Positions 1-13,664 of a DNA stretch of 64,000 bases are shown here, piece by piece. A program made the translations under genes and the position numbers. Numbering within the stretch: the first letter of the stretch is position 1; each line of letters begins with the position of its first letter. The notes under the pieces are model-generated. The model was not told the DNA's origin. It saw only the letters and a list, made by a program, of their open reading frames with translations, and did no database searches. Source of the DNA: Octopus sinensis (taxonomy: Eukaryota); the NCBI RefSeq assembly GCF_006345805.1, contig NC_043005.1:27776001-27840000 (forward strand), in the 5' to 3' direction.

Positions 1-881
1 ATAGGTGAAATGTTGAATTGTTTTAAATATACTATCACTGTCATCACAAGCAGAGAGCAGTAACAGACTTGTATAGTATAATGTCTCATATATATAATGT
101 AGCAAGATGAAATATATATAATGTAGCAAGATGGATTAACTCAGATGAAACTGGTAGACAAAAAATCTCTCAGGATTAAAATCTAAAAACAGGCATAAAA
201 GAGATCAGCAGGTCAAAACTAGATTGCAAGAGATCTGGTCCTTACTCCCTTTGAACCGACCCGCTTAAGACTACTCCTGCTTCTATGATGTACACTTCCT
301 ATTTTGAAATAATTTAAAAATTTCCCATCAAAATTTTGTGCTAATTTATTTTCCAAAATCTAGCTTAAGTATCCTATTTTATAAAATTCTTTATTATTTC
401 CAAAATTTATTGAAAAGAAAGTCAGTGCATTTCAAAGAAAATATGATAATAAAATGGCTAAACTCAAGTGGTGAAAGAAACAGGCATATTTTGGACTTAT
501 TAGACCTCCTCATATTTTATTTAGAAATATTTTTAAATGATCAGTATGTATAGAAATGGGTAGGTTGCAAGAGTGTGGGTGAGAAGCAAGTGTAATACAT
601 GGTAAGGGTGAAAGATGTATGCAGGTGGAAGAGTGATAATTTGGTGGCCCAGGAGGGTGATCAATGTAAAATGTGGGTGGAGAAGACAGAATTAAGAATG
701 AAGGAAAACGAGATGGCTCACAGTAGTGAAAAAACATAAATGGTGCCAGGGAAATGCTGGTGAAATACGCAGTTCTGTTCAGATTTAATTACAACAGCAG
801 AATACAGCAGTTAGAAAGAAGATAGTGGGTGGTGGGATGTCTTGAGGAGGAAATTGGGGGAGGAGCCCACATATGCACATA

Positions 882-1044
<163 letters not shown>

Positions 1045-1952
1045 TTGTGTTTTCAGAAACAGTTTTGCAAGGATGGGCAGGTTTTCTCAAGTGCTGCATA
1101 TTGCCAATCATTCCAGCCATCCCTACCATGAGGTTCAAAGTTCTGATATCAGCTTTTACCATTTCATCTAATGTTTTCCTATGCCTCCCACTTTCACAAC
1201 CTCTGCATTAAGTGATCAACACTTCTTTTATACAATCGTCCTCATCCATGTGCACCAAACGTCCACACCATTACAGTTTTCTCTCTTGCACCCTAAATCT
1301 GATACCTTTTTATAGCTAGTTTTTCTCTGAACACATTTGTGGTTCAGTGTTCATGCATATGCTGCACATCCAACAGAGTATGCTACCTTAATTTCTTTCT
1401 CAAACTTTAAACATTCAAGACACGTGTCTCACTGCAATGCAGCATCAGTTTCAACACAAACAACATACAATTCACCATTCACTGTAAAGGAAAAGATCTT
1501 AATGACAGCAGTACAGTAGCTCCCTCAAACTGCTCTTACCCTGGCTACTATATATATATCTTTTACTTGTTTCAGTGATTTGACTGCGACCATGCTGGAG
1601 CACCTCCTCTAGTCAAGTAGATCGACCCCAGGACTTATTCTTTGTAAGCCTAGTACTTATTCTATCGTCCACTTTTGCTGAACTGCTAAGTTATGGGGAC
1701 ATAAACACACCACCATCGGTTGTCAAGCGATGTTGGGGGGACAAACACAGACACACAAACTACACACATATATATATATACATATACACGACAGGCTTCT
1801 TTCAATTTCTGTCTACCAAATCCACTCACAAGGCTTTGGTCGGCCCTAGGCTATAGTAAAAGACACTTGCCCAAGGTGCCATACAGTAGGACTGAACCCG
1901 GAACCATGTGGTTGGTAAGCAACCTACTTACCACACAGCCACTCCTGCACCT

Positions 1953-2377
1953 ATGGAAAAAAAGGTCAAGATAGAAAATGCTAAAATAATTTTATAAAAA
2001 ACATTTCAGTACCGGTTTTGATCATTGAGACTTTTTCAACTGTAAGCATGGAAAACAATTAAATTTTGGAAAAATTAAATGAAAAGTTTTTTCAAAGAAT
2101 ATTTGCCTAGTATTCAAATACAAGGGGCATTTTCCTCAACAACTTCAAACCCACAAGAGTAAACAAGAGAGACAGAGACTGGCAGAAACAAGGAAAATGC
2201 CCCATGTATTTGAATACTATGCAAATATTCTTTTAAAATACTTTTCATTTAATTTTTCCAAAATTTAATTGTTTGTCATACTTACAGTTGAAAAAATCTC
2301 AATGACTGAAACCGATACTAAAATGTTTTTTATGATAAAATTATTTTAGCATTTTCTACCTTGACTTTTTTTCCATA
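1953..2377. mobile_element. Inverted-repeat Penelope-like remnant with degenerate hammerheads
   Basis: Arms about 1953-2136 and 2191-2377; arm consensus cag-TTGAAAA-gtctcaatgac-GAAACCGGTA-ctg. Confidence 0.6.
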
Positions 2378-2382
2378 TATAT

Positions 2383-2424
<42 letters not shown>

Positions 2425-2432
<8 letters not shown>

Positions 2433-2723
2433 GTGAATTGAAGAAATGGAGCTGAACGCAGATTGAACAGAAATCGTTTTATTTCATTCTACACGTGTTT
2501 CGAAAGGCACAAATAAAACGATTTCTGTTCAATCTGCGTTCAGCTCCATTTCTTCAATTCACCAATAATATTTTAATTTCAATTATCCGCACCAACGTAC
2601 GGTTGCAACACCATATGGTTGTACCTCCAACCGTGCTGTTTACTGCTGTGATTTTTGCTACCAAGGTATCGGTTAAACTTTTGATTAATCTACTACAAGA
2701 TTATTCATCTTTCTATTTCACAT
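2425..2723 (+). mobile_element. Shorter copy of the same Penelope-like family
   Basis: IR 2425-2484/2511-2570; the loop holds cgaaacacgtgta on minus; same tail; flanked by (TA)n. Confidence 0.7.
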
Positions 2724-2724
2724 A

Positions 2725-2772
<48 letters not shown>

Positions 2773-3959
2773 TCCTTTTCAACCTTCTACACACACACAT
2801 ATATATATATATATATTAGTTACAACAGAGGATTTTCAGTTGGGAGGTGCTCAGATTGACATTTTGAACTTCCCAATACCCACAACAAAATTATTATTTT
2901 ATAAATAAATGTAGCCATGCCTAGTACATGATGTGTGTGCGTGTTTCTTTGTTTTGAGATCATGTGATATTTGTAAGCAAGTGTTACAGTCATACTAGCA
3001 GGATCATTCATTTCCAGTCTGCCATGAATATATGTGTGGAAACAAGAGAGGGTTGGCAACAGGAAGAGCTTCCAGCTACAGAAAAATCTAATTAAATAAT
3101 TTCCATCTGAACTATGCAAGCATAGAAAAATGAATATCAGAATGATGGTGATGAACAATGATAATGATGATGATCACACACACACACACACACACATAAA
3201 CAGACAGTTATACATTTACACGAAAAACAGGTAGGTAATCAATAAGATGGATATAGAAACAGCAAATGAGATTAGAAAGGTAATTACAGAAACTATAAAT
3301 AAATAAATACACACACACACACACATGCATTTCGTGCCAACTGCTGGGAAAGTACTCCATATCATAGTAGAGATTGGTAATACTTTTTATTTCCGTTGAG
3401 TCAGTCTCTTGCTCCGCTGGAGTTTTGCCTATATTCACAGGACTATCAGAATGCTGTAAACTCCACATGAGCAACTGAGCATGTATATGTGAGCAGCTGA
3501 GTGTGTGTGTGTGAGAGAGAGAGAGGGGGAGAGAGTAGATATAGAGAAAAAAAGAAACGGTAGAGAGAGCCTGGTAGATGGCTTTTATATATACATATAT
3601 ACATATAATTTATAGATTCTCTGTAGGCTTTGATGATGTGTATTCTAGTTATTCAATTATTAAACAAACCGTCTCGTTGACTCATGATGTCAGTAGGTGA
3701 ATATTCCAGAGACGTATGTCCCCTTAACATAAACTTTAAGACGGAATCAACATGACAGTGTATGACAAGACTGATCCCTTGAATTACAGGAACAGTCCGA
3801 TAGACGGCTTTGACAGTTTCTGACTGCTCAGTTCGACTACTCAAGTGTGGGTGGGCAGACAGTCGGTTGAGTGGGTAGGTGGGTGGTTGGGTGTATGGAT
3901 ATAAGGGTAAATAGATATATGGTGATTGGCTGGTTTGATGGATGGGAAGGGGCTAGACA

Positions 3960-4024
3960 GACAGCTAGATAAACAAAACAATACAGACAGACAGACAGAC
4001 AGATAGATAGATAGATAGATAGAT

Positions 4025-4078
<54 letters not shown>

Positions 4079-4494
4079 CAGATAGGTCGATAGATAGACA
4101 GACAGACAGACAGACAGATCGATTGACAGACAGACAGACAGTTAGGCAGATAGATAGATAGATAGAAGGACGAATCTATGGCTAGATAGAATGAATAGAT
4201 AAATAGGTGGATAAATAGTTAGGCAGATAGAAACCATCTATATTGATCTCTCCTGTCTGTCTATGTATCCGAGTTTGTTTATCCATTTATCTACCCAACC
4301 ATCTACCAATTTATCAAACCCTGTCTCTCAGTATCTATCTTCTATCCATCTGTCTATCCATTTATTAGTCTATCTATATCTATTTGTCAACATGTCTATA
4401 TCTATCTATTTATCTATCCGTCTGCTGTGTCTGCCTAATCTATTTATCGATCCATCTGTCAGTCTGCTTGTCCGTCGACCTGCCTGTCTGCCTT

Positions 4495-4538
<44 letters not shown>

Positions 4539-4580
4539 GTCCATCTATCTAGCTATCTGTCTATCTATCCGCCCATCTAC
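3960..4580. repeat. (GATA/GACA)n followed by reverse-complement (TATC/TGTC)n
   Basis: Direct reading. Confidence 0.9.
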
Positions 4581-4599
4581 CTCTAAGTATCCATAGTAG

Positions 4600-4900
4600 T
4601 TGCACAGGAGTAGTTAGCAAAAAGAACACCCATAAAGTACATTCCTTCACATGCTGGAAAGGCTCCCTAGAAGTAATTGATAGCTTTTCTTACATAGGTG
4701 GCCTGATTTGTTAGTAGGGTGGATGCTCCGAAAGAATAGCAACCAGAAAGAGAACGGGGTGGAAAAAGCTCAGGGAGCTATTGGTGGCAAGGGAGTCCTC
4801 TCTCTCTCTCTGAGTAACCTCAAGAATAGGTTGTTAGATGTCTGAGTATGAAGTGCCATGTTGCTCAACAACAAAACGTAAGCAAAGTAGAAGGAACCTG
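4600..4900 (+). mobile_element. RTE-clade LINE fragment
   Basis: LEVIDSFSYIG...GCSERIATRKRTGWKKLREL post-RT motif. Confidence 0.7.
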
Positions 4901-5241
4901 TAGATATGAAGACATAGGTGAAAACCGAAATCAAGAAGCTAAGCTTCATGACGGTAATGACAAAGTATTGCAACAGATGGCGAGGTGATGATGGGCATGA
5001 GAAGAAACAACCAACTACCATGCAATCATGTTGAAACAAAAATTATATACATATATATATATACATATATACACACACACGTGTATATAATATGATGATA
5101 TATTTGTGTGTGTATGTGTATGTATATATGTGCATATTTACATGTGTATGTGTTTGTCTACGTTCGTACATCATGTATAACATATATTTTGGAAATTTGA
5201 GAAAATTTATGCATAATATTCAAGGAATTATATATACATAC

Positions 5242-5317
<76 letters not shown>

Positions 5318-5468
5318 AATCGAAGATATGTGACGATAGCAATGAAAATACATTTTTCCTCCGAATTTTTTTTTCAACACACGACCAAAGAAAATAAGAC
5401 GAACATAAACACAGAGAAGAAAAAGGGATACAGCTAAAGAACGGTTAAAAAACATGTCTTCAACTTAC

Positions 5469-5770
5469 AGGGCGTCAAAGCATAGCCTAGTTACAGAAAT
5501 GTCGAGATAAGAAGTGTTGTTCTGTGAATGATTTATCTAAGAGAGAGGTAAGTGAATAATAGTCCACCATTTTGGGGAGCGAGAGACAAAAAGATAAACA
5601 CTGTCAAAGATGGGTTGCTGACAACAACAATGACTCTGATTGGTCAATCCTACACACCGGATTATTCTCCCATTGGTTCGTTTTCTGCTCTCTTTCTCTT
5701 TGTCTTTCCTTTTCTCTGATTATCTGTCTGTCTCTTTCGCTTTCTCTTTATCTTTCCTTTTCTCTGATTA

Positions 5771-5829
<59 letters not shown>

Positions 5830-5940
5830 TTCGTTTTCTCTCTTTCTCTCGCTTTCTCTTAGTTTGGCGTAACAGCGTTGGTAACGTCTGTTCCTTTGCT
5901 TTTGGTTTATTAGTCTCACTCACCTGACTGACGCTAAACA
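5469..5940 (-). promoter_or_regulatory. Candidate promoter and non-coding first exon of a downstream minus-strand gene
   Basis: Two CCAAT boxes (minus, about 5639-5643 and 5672-5676), AAAATGG YY1-like core at about 5567-5573, relatively CpG-rich, GTAAGT donor at 5468-5463. Confidence 0.3.
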
Positions 5941-6779
5941 GACTCCTCTGTTGCTGTTGTTAGCAATAATGGTGGTGATAGTGGGTGGGGGGATGATGTT
6001 GAAGGTTGGGGTGATAGTGGTGGTGGTAATGACGGCCATGGGACTGATAGTAGCGTTGGTCATGGTGGTAATGGGTAAGGTGATCATGCTTGTGGTGATG
6101 GTGGTGGTGGTGGTTGTCATGGTGATGACGATGATGATGTTTGTGGCAGTTTTGTTAGTGATGGTGGTGGTGGCGGTGGTAGTGGCGGTGGTGGTGGTGG
6201 TGGTGGTGAGTGTATTGGTAACGATAACACCAGCATCATCACAACCACAACAGTGACAACCAAGTCTGGTGTAATGACAATAGTAATAGTGGTGATGATA
6301 TTGTTGGTGTTGCTACCAGCAATAACAGTCTCCCGCCGTCCTCCGCCTCCCAGTTCATTGTCGGCATCATCATTGTCCCTGCCAGAGACCGTGTTGTCAC
6401 CTTCCCTCATCTTTACGGCTGCTCACCTTTTCTAGTTTCTACTCTTGATCCATTGCCATCATCGCCCTTGTCTGTCACCCTCTTGAAAATTTAACCCAAG
6501 TCAAAAGTTCATTCTTGTGATGTTCCCTTCTACAACAAATAAAAATTAGATGAAGGAATCCGAGTTTTCTCCCTTAGATTTCACACACACACACACACAC
6601 ACACCACAGAGTCCACTATCATTTTCTCCTCATTGACCCAATCCTATTTCCTTCACTTTCCCTCCTGCCAAAGCAATATTTACTGTATCCATATCAACCC
6701 CCATCTCGCATCATCTGTCACACTTTCTTCATACTCTTTTTGTTCCTTTATCCCTGTTCTCTATCTCATACTCACCTTG

Positions 6780-6819
<40 letters not shown>

Positions 6820-9488
6820 TATCTATATATCTAGCTAGCTGGAGAAGCCGTATTCTGCTCTCTAGCAAGAAACTTGTTCCTGTCCCACTATCTTAATGAC
6901 TTGTAGGGATGTGGTTTTCCGTTATGCAACCATAAATATCCTAGAAAGTATATTAAATGTTTTTATAAGTCAACACCATGTCCTACTGCATTAGCAGTGC
7001 TCTTTACATTATTTTGGGAAGGTTCTTTCTACAGATATACTGTAGACATTATAGCCAGCACTGATCTTTTGCTACGTTTCATATCAAGACGGCAGACTTG
7101 GTTGTCACTGTAGTGGTTGTGGTGGTTGTAATGATGCTGGAGTGGTACTCTGGCGTGGTGCTCTGGAGTGATACTCTGGTGTGGTACTTTATCAATAGGT
7201 GAATGGTAGAGTTGAGAATGGCAGGGTTAACCTAAGTGAAATTTGAACTCCAAGTGTAGAGAACCAGAACAAATACCACAAGTCATTCTAACTTATTCTG
7301 TAACAACTTAGCCAGTTTGACACTATTAAACTCCCTAATGATGTTGGCTAATCCTCATCTGAATCATGATGATTCATTTACTCTGTACTTATCTTCAATT
7401 TCCATGCTGTTAAGCAGATTAGAGGTAAATCTCTCTCCTCTGTAATCACAGCTTAGTAACTTTTCCTGCATGAGGCATATTCATCTTGGTGTGGCCAGCT
7501 AGTAATATAACATTCATCTTTTCCTCAGCCTTAGGTGTTACATGTAGTCTGTGAATTATATCACCTCATGGTATCTATTTACAGCTAGGTGGCCTTGGCC
7601 ATTAAGAGTTTGAGGTTTTGACACAACAAAAGCACTGGTGACATAAATATGGACTGTACAGTTCTTGCCTAACTATCTGATACCTTGTAAACTCGACCAG
7701 TTAAGGATCACATTTTCCAAGTGCTTATTTTTAGGACCATATTTTTTTACTTGTTTCCATGACTAGACTATGGTCATGCTGGAGGAAACACTTTTCATAG
7801 ATTTTGATCAATTATATTGATCTCAGTACTTTGATACTTATTTCAGTAACTGCAGTAAATACAAAATGTTAGGTGGACCTTGGAGTAAAGAGAGACAACT
7901 AGGTTGGACATAAAAAAAAGAGAAACCACAGAGTATACCTGTTCCAATATAATACTTCTCACCCTACAGGAATATAAATATATCATGATGATGTTCATCA
8001 TTATTTTTACTTCTGCTTTCGTATGCTTGCATGGAGTGGACTGGTTCTCTCCATCACAGCATCTTACAAATTTTATATTCCCTTATTAGCTCTTTTGTGG
8101 GGTTCAGCATCTGCAGAGGTAATGTAGTGGTGGAATAGTGAGGTAGACAGAGTGATAAAAGTGAAGAAACAGGCTTTGAAAAGAGAGGAAGAAAGGACAC
8201 AACAGTGGGGTGGGGGCAACACCTAGTAGGTAGAAGAGAAGCTATGCCTCAGGTATTTATAGCTTGGGGAGAAGCATAAAGTAAAAGGCTTGTTCATGTT
8301 TTGATGTCTTCTTCTTGAAGATAGGTGCTTAGCTGCAGTTAAGCTGCTGCAATCACAGGCTCACAAACTCTTAGTTTAAACTTCAGGTAAAAGTCAATAA
8401 AAAGAATATTCAATCAAAAACATCGTTTAAAATTCCAATTTCAATTTTTTAAAACTGAATTTTGGTTCATGTTAGAATTAGGAAATAACATTTGGTGATT
8501 TTTTTTTTTCCTTTGGAGAATTTTAAAATCAGCCTCCAGTTACTCTTTAGAGGTTTCTTCTTAAGAAAAAATACCAGCCATCATTCTGAAATATTCTTTA
8601 TTTTCTAAACTGCTTTACATCCAAATGAATGTAGGAGGCAGATTTTATCATTTCAGAACAGCTGGACTCCAGCCTTTCCTACTCTTAATCATTCAACCAA
8701 ACAATGTTTTTCTTTTTTTTTTTGTTAATTAGGATTAAGCAAAATTATGTAACTCACTTAGAAGCATGTTTCTGACAGTCCAGTAAGATTTGATGGTCTG
8801 TTATCTTAATCTTATGGCCACTCTTTCGGAATAATAAAAAAAAAGATCTGAGAAAACCTGTCAGAATAACTAGTGTTGATTTACGGTAGCGTAATAATTG
8901 CTTCTGATTCTGGCACAAGGCCAGCAATTTTGTGAGGAGGGGATCAGGAGATTCATCAATCCCAGTTCTGGACTGGTACTTTATTTTACCAACCTCCAGA
9001 GGGATCAAAAGAAAAGTCGATTTCAGAGGGCTTTTAACTAAAAATGTAAGGATCCAGAACAAACACTGCAAAGCATTTTTTTTTCAGTTTATTTTATTGA
9101 TGCTGAAGGGATGAAAGATGAAGTTGGTCTTTGCAGGATTTGAACTCAGAATGCAAAAAGAACTGCAAGAAATGCCATTAAGCAAATAATCCAACACTTA
9201 AGCAACTCTTTTCTACTATAGACACAAGGCCTGAAGATTTTGGGGTGGAGGCTAGTCAATTACATGGATCCCCACACTCAACTGGTATTTATTTAATCAA
9301 CCATGAAAGGCTGAAAGGTAAAGTCAACCTCAACAGCATCTGAATTTGTTTGACAAACTAACAATTCTGTCAATTTGTTGTCTTTAATAATAATAATAAC
9401 ATCAACAACAACAACAATAATAATAATAATTATTATAATAATGATAGTAATGATAATAATAATAACACATGTTCACACCAAAGGAATT

Positions 9489-9508
9489 TTTATTTTTATT
9501 TTTTTATT
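9489..9508 (-). terminator. Clustered AATAAA polyadenylation signals for the Vtg-like gene
   Basis: Three TTTATT on + strand downstream of the putative stop. Confidence 0.5.
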
Positions 9509-9660
9509 GTTTTAGTAATTTTTTTTAGTTTGTTTTATAGTTGATCTTGTAAATTGATTTCAACAGAGAAACCAATGAAGATCAAATTGGAATGGTAAAA
9601 ATATTTTGACAACTTTGTGCTCTTAGCATTTGCTACTGCAGATGGCAATATTGTCCTGCA

Positions 9661-9671
9661 CTAATATAGAC
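9661..9671 (-). CDS. Vtg: Probable terminal coding exon (C-L-Y-stop)
   Basis: Strong acceptor ttcttttctgtttcag; phase-1 join gives TGT CTA TAT TAG; AATAAA signals about 150 nt downstream. Confidence 0.6.
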
Positions 9672-9859
9672 CTGAAACAGAAAAGAAGGCTTGGAGTCAA
9701 CATCAAAGAAAATATTATAATTAAGAGAATTTATAGAAAAGAAGCATTTAAGCCACTTGTTTTAAAAAAAGACAACATTTTAACATTGTAGACAACCACA
9801 AGACAAAATATATATTTGACATCCACATCCAAGTTACATACATACATACATACATACAT

Positions 9860-10235
9860 TAGAGTGCCTAATAATTGACGTGGCAATGCCAGGCGACCAA
9901 CATATCATCATAAAAGAAAGAGAAAAAGTTGATAAATATGGATACTTGAGAATTGAGATCATTAAGATGTGGCAGCTACAAGAGTCAAGCATAAAGGTTA
10001 TCCCTATTGTCATCAGAGCATTGGGTTCAATACCGCCCAATCTGAAAAAATATCTGAAACCTTTAGAAATACCCTACAATCTAGGTGTATTGCAAAAGTC
10101 GGCATTACTTGGAACTGCACGCATATTGCATAAAGTACTGTCTGTCTGAGGTCCGTGTTGTGACTTGACAAACAGTACAAACCCCAGGTAGACACAATAT
10201 CTTCAATCAACAACCTCACGATATTGTATACTGTG
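9860..10235 (+). mobile_element. Dong/R4-like RLE 3' fragment
   Basis: IDVAMPGD..KEREKVDKY..VIPIVIRALG..LQKSALLGTARIL. Confidence 0.85.
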
Positions 10236-10501
10236 TGATGTCTATAATAATAATTATTATTATTTCAAATTTTTGCTTCAAGGGCAGCTTGGGGGAGGTG
10301 GGGATCAGTCGATTACATCGACTGCCCCCCACCACCACCCCAGTGTCTCACTGGTACTTAATTTATCAACCCCGAAAGGAAGAAAGGCCAAATCAACCTC
10401 AGCAGAATTTGAACTCAGAACGCAAAGACGGGTGAAATACTACTACACATTTTGCCTGGTGTTCTAATGATTCTGCCAACTCACTGCCTTAATAATAATA
10501 G

Positions 10502-10535
<34 letters not shown>

Positions 10536-10764
10536 AATGTCACCTAAATAATTTCTAATATTGGTACAAGGCCTTCAAATTTGTAATAATCAGTGCTTTA
10601 TTGGTAGTTATGTCACTCCAGACAGATGGAAAACAAAAGTGATCCCTTCAGAATTTAGAATGAGGCCATAAATAGTTGAAAGTAAACATCAAAAGGTATT
10701 TTGTCTACCACAATACCAATTCTGTAATCTTCTTCTCTAATAGTATTAATAATAATGATAATTC

Positions 10765-11275
10765 GGAGTTTACAATCCAATGTGACTCCCTAATCGATGC
10801 TCAGAGACCAGATATTGTTATGGTAGATAAAGGAAAAAAGGAAACCAAGATTAGAGACATTGCAATACCTGGGGATGTGCACATAAGTGACAAAGAACTG
10901 GAAAAGATGGAAAAGTACAGACTACCAAAAGACAAAATTGGAAGAATGTGGACTATGAGGAGAAAATCTGTCAACCATTAGTTGTAGGGGTACTTGGAGC
11001 ACTAACAACCAAGTTTGAGAAATATATTAAAGAAACTGTATTTGACATGAGAGCAGAACAAACCTAAAATAACTGCTCTGCTGGGGACAGCTAGGATTTT
11101 GAGATTGGTACTTAGATGTTGAATGTTTCCCACAATAATTAAAAACCAAGTATCAAAGTTTATAATGTGTGGAAAGAGACCCTGTGAGACCTCTGACAAC
11201 AGGCTGCAGTCCATTCTCACTGAATCAATCAGAGCAAAGAAGACCGAATGTTCTGAGAAGAAAAGCAACAACAAT
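10765..11275 (+). mobile_element. Dong/R4-like RLE domain fragment plus 3' UTR
   Basis: RPDIVMVDK..DIAIPGD..KELEKMEKY..MW PD-(D/E)xK motif; (TAA)n flanks. Confidence 0.85.
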
Positions 11276-11523
11276 AATAATAATCCTTTCTACTATACGC
11301 ACAAGTGCCTGGAATTTATAGGGGAGGTGGATAGTCTATTACATTGACCCCAGTACTTGACTGGTACTTAATTTATCAACCCTGAAAGGATGAAAAGCAA
11401 AGTCGACCTCAGTGGAATTTGAAGTCAGAACATAAGGACGGATGAAATGCCACAATGCATTTTGCCTGGTCTGCTAATGATTCTGCCAGCTCACCACCTT
11501 ATATAATAATAATAATAATAATA

Positions 11524-11561
<38 letters not shown>

Positions 11562-11577
11562 GTGATAATAATAATAA

Positions 11578-12385
11578 TGGGAAAGTGAAATGAAGGAAAG
11601 CTTTAGACGAGAATATCTCAGAAGAGCCAAGTTAATAATGGAAAGTAGACTCAATGGAAAAAACAAAATCAGAGCAATGAACACATGGGCTGTTTCCTTA
11701 ATGAAATACAGGGCAGGTGTTGTTAGATGTGACAAAGAATGAGCTTGAGGACATGGATAGGAAAACTAGAGAAGTTATGACAATTAACAAGGAAATACAC
11801 CCCAAAATGATACTGACAGCCTGTATGTGCCTAGAAATAGGGGTGGAAGAGGTCTCATAGGATGCAAGATCTGTGCTGTCAATGAGAACAGTTTGGGATG
11901 GTACATCAAACAGCAGAGTGAATCTTTGCTTGCCACTGTTAGAATTAATAATATAATACCTACCAAAAACGTGATGCACCCACAAACATTTAAGAAACAA
12001 ACTGAAGAAGAAAGAGTAAATAAGTGGAAAATGAAACCACTGCATGGGCAATATCTCAGAGAAATCAATCGAAGGAAAAGACAAAATCAACAATTGGAGA
12101 TGGCTAAGAAAGAGCAATCTGAATGGATGCACTGAGGCATTGGTATGCAGTGCCCAAGAACATGCTCTAAGAACTAATTACACCAAGTTCCAAATGGATA
12201 AGATTAGTGAATCACTCCTTTGTAGGATGTGTAACAGCAGAAACAAAACAATGTCACATATTGTGAGTGAGTGTAGCAAGCTGGCCCAAAAGAATTACAA
12301 AAGATAATGTCGCTAAGTTCATCCATTTGAGGCTATGTGAAAAGTATGGCCTGAACAGAGCATGGAAATGGTACGAAATGATAAA
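11578..12385 (+). mobile_element. Dong/R4-like RLE non-LTR retrotransposon fragment (post-RT region and CCHC knuckle)
   Basis: PRNRGGRGL, QEHALRT, CRMC...HIVSEC..LAQ..YK; flanked by (TAA)n. Confidence 0.85.
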
Positions 12386-12387
12386 AC

Positions 12388-12425
<38 letters not shown>

Positions 12426-12445
12426 TAATGAAGAAGAATTCTTAC

Positions 12446-12530
12446 ATGTTTTCATTCTAAGTGGGGTCAACACAGTCCATGGAACATTGGTTGTGTAGAC
12501 TGATCTTGGGAGGCGGAACACAGCATTAAC
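12446..12530 (-). CDS. Vtg: Vtg-like exon (VNAVFRLPRSVYTTNVPWTVLTPLRMKT)
   Basis: ctgcag/gtaaga; 85 nt, phase 0->1. Confidence 0.85.
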
Positions 12531-13438
12531 CTGCAGAAGGAAATAAATCAGATTTTATTGCAGAAATAACAAGAACTTTCTACATCAATATGAGGAACCA
12601 AATTTATAAGGGAACAGAAAAGGTAAATGAAATAACTCCATTATTCAATAGGTATATAATTTATCAACACCAGAGGATAAACTGAAAACAAGAAGCCCTT
12701 TGCAGGATTTGAATTAGGATATGAAAGGATGTAAGTTAAACACATACAATGATGCAATGACTCTCTTCTGAAAATATTATGTTCTACATTTCGTGGTGTA
12801 CCAACAATCAGAGCTTTCACTCATGGATTCCTTTGATGGCTGAATAAACTAATTTAATTCTTTTCAGTCGATCAGGATTAACTCGTTACTATGTCAACAG
12901 GTGAGACTAATCGCAGCCAGATGTGGCAACTCTTTACAACCAGCGACCTGACAGTCATTTCAATATATGTTGTTAAAGACAGAGTTTCTCACAGCCTGCG
13001 AGCCTCAAAGTTCCAGACATTGGCATTAGGAAGGGCATCCAGTCCTAAGAACAACCATTACCAAAGTGGACATTGCCGCTTAATGCAATCCTGCAGTTCT
13101 TCAGATCCTGTCAAACCATCCGACTCATGCCAACATAAAAAACAGATGTTAATGGATGATGATGATGATGATGACAATGACGACGACGACGATGATGATA
13201 TAGTTAAAGTAGAAAGTGTCTCTGGCAAAAGAAGACCAAAGAAGATCTGTGAAGGTTGAGATAGCAAGGTCAGATATCATGATGTGTTTTCTGAACAAGC
13301 TGACACAGGAGCAAGATAAATAACATAATGTATTGCAGATCTGTCCTAACCCTGCCAGCTGCTAGTGGGAGGGCAGGAAAGGGCAGGAATTAGAAAATCA
13401 ATGCTGATTCAATGATGATGATGGCAATATATACTTAC

Positions 13439-13609
13439 TAGAGAATTCCTATGAGAAACAGCTCCTTGGATACACACTCCACGACAACTGTCTTTCATGA
13501 CTGGGGATTCAAGAGTAACAGCTTTCAGGGTGGTGAATGGGAAGAGTGAATGGTGAACCTTATCAAATAATTTGCTTGATGCTTCTATCCAGCTTGGTGG
13601 AACTTCACC
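13439..13609 (-). CDS. Vtg: Vtg-like exon (GEVPPSWIEASSK...HRNSL)
   Basis: tatttag/gtaagt; 171 nt, phase 0->0. Confidence 0.87.
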
Positions 13610-13664
13610 CTAAATAGACAAAGGTGAACATTAACAATATATAAATAAATAGCAATAATTTAGC

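Noticed and set aside
8758-8822. Possible VWD-like exon SGHKIKITDHQILLDCQ
   Set aside because: Weak AAG acceptor, phase mismatch with the 12446 exon, and no neighbouring VWD exons found.
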